Virus record (IMG/VR): IMGVR_UViG_3300025389_000097
Coordinates: 1 to 27,150 of that record
DNA length: 27,150 nucleotides
Origin: a virus
Taxonomy: Duplodnaviria; Caudoviricetes
Reading direction: 5' to 3' (one strand)
Part shown: positions 22,206-27,150 of the stretch, in pieces
Numbering within the stretch: the first letter of the stretch is position 1
Layout of the letters: the number at the start of each line of letters is the position of its first letter
Notes under the pieces: model-generated
What the model was told of the DNA's origin: nothing
What the model saw: the letters and a program-made list of their open reading frames with translations, nothing else
The model's database searches: none
Program-made: the position numbers and the translations under genes

Positions 22206-25015
22206 GTTCTTTAAACGGTTACATTGACATTCCAATTACCACCGACAGTAAGACGTTGGTTCAGACTGCCCTCGCCAATATTGCCACTCAGCTTCCTGGC
22301 TGGGTGCCACGCGAAGGAAATCTAGAAGTTCTTCTTCTTGAAGAATTTGGTCAAATGGCTGCAGAAATTGCAACCGCTGCTTCTGGCGTCCCCGCTTCAA
22401 TCTTCAAATACTTTGGTGGACTTTTGGGACTTACCCAACAGACCGGAGTTCAAGCTACAATTAAGACGCTTTGGACCTTGGTTGCCGTTCCGCCAACTGG
22501 TGGATACCTTATCCCCGCAAACACGATTGCGGGCTTCAGTTACCAAGGGTCATCCTATACCTTTACTACGACCGTAGACACCCTAATTCCGCCTTCTAGC
22601 GCCCTCTCAGGGGCTTCTGGCGACGGCACCACACTTACATTAACCACACTAGCCGCTCACGGATTTCAAGCGGGAACGGTTGTGACCGTATCCGGTGATG
22701 GAACAAATACCTATAACGGTGATTACACCATTCTGACCACGCCAACCCCAACCACTTTTACGGTGGCTAGCACTGTTTCTGGAACAGCAACATTGAGCGG
22801 TGCGGTTGCATCTGTACAGTCTGCTTTTATTACTATGCAGGCAACAGACGTAGGTTCCTTCTACAACATTTATACGCTCTCTGGACTTAATCCACTAACA
22901 ACATATTTGACACCAACGGCAACATCGCCATACTTGGCAAACATTCTTGTTACTGCAACCGCTGCAAGCGACGCAACGCTTACAACCGGTGTTGACGCTG
23001 AAACAGACTCAGCTTATTTGAACAGACTTGTAGTTGAACTTGGCTTGATCGCACCGCGACCAATTACCACAAACGACTACGCCAGCCTTGCTCAAAATGT
23101 TGTTGGTATATATCGAGCTCTTGCAATTGATGGATTCAATCCATATAACAATATTCTCAGCGCAAACGACGCAAACCTTACAACCGCTATTTACAACAAC
23201 TACACAGCTGTTGGTAATGGTACCGCAACGCTTCCTACGGTTTCTCTTACGGGTGGATCGCTTGTAGTAACCGCAGCGACAATGACAGCAACGACAACAA
23301 CTGCCTCCGTAACAACATCGGGCACACAACTTGCCGTTACAACAGCAACGCTTGACACATCTGTCAGCTCAACACACCCTGCACTTGTTTTTATAACAGA
23401 CCCAACAAACGGTAACGAAATTGTTGTTATCACATCGGTCAACGGAACAGGCAACAAAAAATGGAACCTTCTTCCGGGAACAACGTTTCAATATCCTCAC
23501 GGAACAGGCGTAACCGCAACACCACTACAAGGCGTTATTGCACCAAACGTTTCATCTTTAAACCCAAATACCTCATACATGCAGTCTTCTGCAATTGTTC
23601 AATGTGGAACTGGTACAACCGCAACAGCAAAACCATACGTAGTTTCAGTAGTTACTTATTTAGATGGATCAATAAAAGTTTATTCTTCAGCAAATCCAAT
23701 TAGCGATTCTCTTTATGACTACACCGTACTTCCAAAGACGGTTGTAACCAACATAAACTCTTATGCCGGTGGTTTTATTGCCCCGACAAATCCAAATAAC
23801 AATTACAATACAATTCAATCTTACGCTACGTCTGTGCAAAGCTACATTGTATTTGCAAATGCAACAAGCACAAGAACTCACAAAATTCTTTACACTGCGC
23901 TCAATCAAACAAGTTTTGATTTTTCAGCGACAGGTCTTGAATCACCAATTCTCTCAGTAGACGACTACAACTGGTTGCCAGACTCTGAACTTTATGCGTA
24001 CGGTTCAACTGGAGCCGCACTTTCTTCATGGACTTTGGATTCGGGCATTTCCCCTCTTCCGGGATATGGAATGCAATTTCAGGGAACCGGATCTGCTCTT
24101 GGTTCATCATTGAATGCAAAGTCTCAAATCTTTAACCTTTCAAATACTACGGTTACTAATTTTACTGCAATTGCAAACATTGATGCTACTTACACTGGAT
24201 CAACATATGGAGACATTGTTGTAAAGGTTGTAAACGCAGCAACTGGTGCGACCATTGCATCAGCATCTCCTACTTCAGCTTCTTTCCAAACGGTTGCTGT
24301 TCCTTTTAGCGTTCCAACAACCGGTGGGGCAACCTCTCTTGATGTCTATGTTCAAGTTGTTTTTGGAACTGGATTAAACGTACCTCTTATTTCAAGCGTT
24401 ATTGTTTCTTCCCTAAGTGTAAGTTACGGAACAAAATCTCCGGCAACCGTAAGCGAAGCAATTATGGAACCAGGCTATATCTGGACGCCAGGTGGTCAAT
24501 TCAATCAAAACGTTTTCAATAACGCTCGTACCGTAACGGTGGCTCCAATTGATGGATCTGGACTTGCGGTTAACGCCTCTGTTGCTGACTCGCTTCAAGA
24601 CTATCTTGAATCACGTCGAGAGGTTAATTTTAACGTTTCAACAATTAATCCAAACTACGTTCCAATTAATGTTCAATGGTCTGGTATTGCCTCACAAGGC
24701 TATGACCCAGTAATTGTTCAAAACGCTGGAAACGCAGCTGTTTATAATTTTATTAATCCTGGTACATGGGCAGGTGGTGGAAACACACCAGCTTTCTGGG
24801 ACAGCACACAGAACACAGTTCGCATTTTGGATGTTGCTGGGGTTCTTTCACAAGTTACAGGAATGGCTGCGGTTACATCTGTTGTAATTGGAACTACTAC
24901 AAGCCTTGCCGCATCAGACATTTTCCTTCCAGGAAATGCTCCGCTTCCAGTTGCAAACTCAGTAACTGGTTCTGTCGTTTCAAATGCGCTTAACTCAACC
25001 ATTGGTGGCGTGTAA
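22202..25015 (+). CDS. Baseplate J-like wedge protein with large insertions (937 aa)
   Basis: SD GGAGG. LIPANT, ATDVGSFYN, GVDAETDSAYLNRL, TTNDY, TVTVA, LQDYLESRR and YVPINV motifs. Confidence 0.88.
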   Translation: MSSLNGYIDIPITTDSKTLVQTALANIATQLPGWVPREGNLEVLLLEEFGQMAAEIATAASGVPASIFKYFGGLLGLTQQTGVQATIKTLWTLVAVPPTGGYLIPANTIAGFSYQGSSYTFTTTVDTLIPPSSALSGASGDGTTLTLTTLAAHGFQAGTVVTVSGDGTNTYNGDYTILTTPTPTTFTVASTVSGTATLSGAVASVQSAFITMQATDVGSFYNIYTLSGLNPLTTYLTPTATSPYLANILVTATAASDATLTTGVDAETDSAYLNRLVVELGLIAPRPITTNDYASLAQNVVGIYRALAIDGFNPYNNILSANDANLTTAIYNNYTAVGNGTATLPTVSLTGGSLVVTAATMTATTTTASVTTSGTQLAVTTATLDTSVSSTHPALVFITDPTNGNEIVVITSVNGTGNKKWNLLPGTTFQYPHGTGVTATPLQGVIAPNVSSLNPNTSYMQSSAIVQCGTGTTATAKPYVVSVVTYLDGSIKVYSSANPISDSLYDYTVLPKTVVTNINSYAGGFIAPTNPNNNYNTIQSYATSVQSYIVFANATSTRTHKILYTALNQTSFDFSATGLESPILSVDDYNWLPDSELYAYGSTGAALSSWTLDSGISPLPGYGMQFQGTGSALGSSLNAKSQIFNLSNTTVTNFTAIANIDATYTGSTYGDIVVKVVNAATGATIASASPTSASFQTVAVPFSVPTTGGATSLDVYVQVVFGTGLNVPLISSVIVSSLSVSYGTKSPATVSEAIMEPGYIWTPGGQFNQNVFNNARTVTVAPIDGSGLAVNASVADSLQDYLESRREVNFNVSTINPNYVPINVQWSGIASQGYDPVIVQNAGNAAVYNFINPGTWAGGGNTPAFWDSTQNTVRILDVAGVLSQVTGMAAVTSVVIGTTTSLAASDIFLPGNAPLPVANSVTGSVVSNALNSTIGGV

Positions 25016-26208
25016 TGACCTCAGAGGCAGCTTTCCTACCATCAAGCGTTCTTGAAAATGTAATTACATTTAATGGAAACTTAGTTCAAGGAAGTTTAGT
25101 TGTTACCGGCATATCTGATGTAACAATGTTGGGCGAAGGAATGCTTGTTTCTGGTCTTGGAATTAGTCCGGGAACAGCCATTGATGCAGTTGGTCAATAC
25201 TCAATTACATTGACCGAAGAGGCAAAACAAACACTTACGGCAACAAGTCTTACAGCTGGTGTTTCTTCATACTTTGTTGATTCAATCTACAACACCATGC
25301 CACAATTTGTTCAAGACAATGACGCTCAAATGTCGCCAATAAATTACCCAATCTATAAATTTCTTTGGGGAATGGGAACAATTGTTGAAACACAAATCAA
25401 CTCTCTTGTACAAAGCGCTACTGGTAAATTTGGAACTTTTGATAAAGCATACGTAAATGCTCCAGGATGGTCACAAGCACTGGACATTGATCGTTGTCCA
25501 GAATTTGCATTGCCATGGCTTGCACAATTTGTGGGCGTTAGATCAGAATCTTTTAGTGAACTTACGCTTGCTCAGAAAAAAGACAAGATTGTTAATCGTT
25601 CTGGATTTAAACGCGGAACACTAGACATTCTTATTAGTGCTCTTGTAACAGAAATTAACTACAAACTTGCGGGCGTAACTTCAGTTGCCCCTATTGTTTC
25701 TGGACAAGTTGTGGTTATGGAGCAAACAACCCTTACAAAAATTACTTTTTTGGGCAACACAAACTCTGGAAATACCATCACAGGAATTGCTAGTACTGCT
25801 GGCCTTGTTAATGGGATGTATGTTTACGGTGCCGGTATACCCGGTAACACAAAAATTACAAACGTTACGTCTAATTCAATTACCATTAGCAATAGTTCTG
25901 CTTCAACGCAGAATGGCGAATCATTCTTTGCCACAACAGGCAAGTCGTACACACCAGATCAATACTCAATGATAATTCTTATGCCAACGGTATATTTTAA
26001 TAATTACACATACGCAACTTTGGCAGCAAATCTTTCTGGAAACGCCTCTATTACATATGACACAATTGACGCAGAAATCAATGCTCTTGGTACTAATGGT
26101 TATCAAAACCTATTCCTAGACTCTGTTCCTAAGTCAAACTCAGCTTTTGCACCATTCATCTATAAATATCGTCCTGCCGGTGTGCAGGTTTACGTTGGAG
26201 GCTATTAA
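25015..26208 (+). CDS. Baseplate wedge protein (P2 gpI-like) with two extra beta-rich modules
   Basis: LDIDRCPEFALPWLAQFVGV...KRGT and C-terminal RPAGV. TAATG overlap with the J-like gene. Confidence 0.85.
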   Translation: MTSEAAFLPSSVLENVITFNGNLVQGSLVVTGISDVTMLGEGMLVSGLGISPGTAIDAVGQYSITLTEEAKQTLTATSLTAGVSSYFVDSIYNTMPQFVQDNDAQMSPINYPIYKFLWGMGTIVETQINSLVQSATGKFGTFDKAYVNAPGWSQALDIDRCPEFALPWLAQFVGVRSESFSELTLAQKKDKIVNRSGFKRGTLDILISALVTEINYKLAGVTSVAPIVSGQVVVMEQTTLTKITFLGNTNSGNTITGIASTAGLVNGMYVYGAGIPGNTKITNVTSNSITISNSSASTQNGESFFATTGKSYTPDQYSMIILMPTVYFNNYTYATLAANLSGNASITYDTIDAEINALGTNGYQNLFLDSVPKSNSAFAPFIYKYRPAGVQVYVGGY

Positions 26209-27150
26209 TGCCAAATACAAACCGTTTAGGCTTGCACTATCCTGCAGCTACTGACCAAGCCAATATCCCGACAGACCTCCAGACACTGGCGGGTCAAATT
26301 GATACGCTTGTAACGGCTTTCTATCAGACAGCAAGTCAGCCAGCTGCTGAAGTCGGAGCCCTTTGGTGGAACACCTCATCGTTACTTCTTAACTACTCTG
26401 ACGGTACGTCTTGGTACCCGGTATCATCTCAAGTTATTGTTTCAACAACACAGCCAACGGTTATTTCTGGCGGACAATTTTGGTACAATCCAAACACAAG
26501 TAACTTTCAGTATTACAACGGAAGTTCATACGTAACTCTTATTCCAGCCATTACAACAAATGGTCAGTACTTAACATCAAGTGCTTCTGGACCAGTTTGG
26601 TCAAACCTACCGGCATCACTTCCGCCAACCGGAACAGCTGGCGGTGACCTTACGGGAACATATCCAAACCCAACATTGGGTGCAGTAGGAACTGCGTCAA
26701 CATACGGTTCAGCAACTGCTATTCCAGTTATTACAACCGACTCTAAGGGTCGTGTCACAACCGTGACAACAGCTACACCATCTGACACAACTAAGGTGCC
26801 ACTATCTACAGTAACAACTGCTGGTGACACAATTTACGCAACTGGTTCAGGTGCTGTAACTCGACTTGCAATTGGTGCAAACGGAACCGTACTTACCTCA
26901 AATGGATCTGCCCCAACGTGGTCTTCTGTATCATCGGTTCCAACAACTTCCGGAATTATTAACGGATACGTTCTTACCAACGCTTCCGGAACGCCAACTT
27001 GGCAAGCTGTTAGTTATTCAGCGAATGCCACAGTAGGCCTTACTGCGCAAAATGCTGCAAAATCAACAACAACTTTATTTACACCAGTTAACGACGGTCT
27101 TTATCAAATTGCCTACTACGCAAAAGTAACTACCGCGGCAACAACATCCT
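26208..27150 (+). CDS. Tail fibre protein, 5' part (runs off window)
   Basis: TAATG overlap and SD GGAGG. Hand translation is open to the window end: MPNTNRLGLHYPAATDQANIPTDLQTLAGQID..., GALWWNT, GQFWYNP, AGGDLTGTYPNPTL, TTDSKGRVT, TRLAIGANGTVLTSNGSAPTW fibre repeats. Confidence 0.88.
   Translation, partial: MPNTNRLGLHYPAATDQANIPTDLQTLAGQIDTLVTAFYQTASQPAAEVGALWWNTSSLLLNYSDGTSWYPVSSQVIVSTTQPTVISGGQFWYNPNTSNFQYYNGSSYVTLIPAITTNGQYLTSSASGPVWSNLPASLPPTGTAGGDLTGTYPNPTLGAVGTASTYGSATAIPVITTDSKGRVTTVTTATPSDTTKVPLSTVTTAGDTIYATGSGAVTRLAIGANGTVLTSNGSAPTWSSVSSVPTTSGIINGYVLTNASGTPTWQAVSYSANATVGLTAQNAAKSTTTLFTPVNDGLYQIAYYAKVTTAATTS

Larger units (their letters stand above)
1..27150 (+). mobile_element. Tailed dsDNA phage genome segment (contractile tail), probable actinobacterial host
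   Basis: Co-oriented, tightly packed genes in the order terminase-portal-protease-capsid-neck-sheath-tube-chaperone-tape measure-baseplate-fibre. No host genes or integrase are present, so prophage versus free phage cannot be decided. Confidence 0.95.

Noticed and set aside
13125-26208. Extracellular contractile injection system or tailocin
   Set aside because: Terminase, portal, protease and capsid genes are present, so this is a complete phage virion module.
757-26830. Minus-strand and alternate-frame ORFs in the ORF track
   Set aside because: All overlap well-supported + strand genes, lack recognisable motifs, and look like codon-bias shadows.
26208-27150. Diversity-generating retroelement target
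   Set aside because: No reverse transcriptase or adenine-variant repeat pair is visible, and the fibre C-terminus is outside the window.

Overview
The whole window is a gene-dense, single-strand (+) segment of a tailed dsDNA phage with a contractile tail (myovirus morphotype). The host is most likely an actinobacterium. This is inferred from the style of the resolvase, terminase, baseplate and fibre proteins and from an apparently leaderless first gene. The left 2.5 kb holds the end of a replication/nucleotide block: a dNMP kinase, a Holliday junction resolvase-like nuclease and small unknowns. The virion module follows in order: terminase large subunit, portal, a very basic protein, a 760-aa protease/scaffold polyprotein, major capsid, neck proteins, sheath, tube, tail chaperone with a probable -1 frameshift, tape measure, baseplate, and the start of a tail fibre. 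I found no tRNA, rRNA, CRISPR array, integrase or reverse transcriptase. The most unusual signals are: (i) an attenuator-like set of alternative hairpins and a terminator between the frameshift ORF and the tape measure gene; (ii) three in-frame internal SD/start sites inside the protease polyprotein; (iii) a protamine-like protein in the head module; (iv) a long hairpin after the capsid gene with an anti-Shine-Dalgarno loop; (v) baseplate proteins carrying large inserted domains. All protein calls come from motif recognition and gene order by eye, with no database search.
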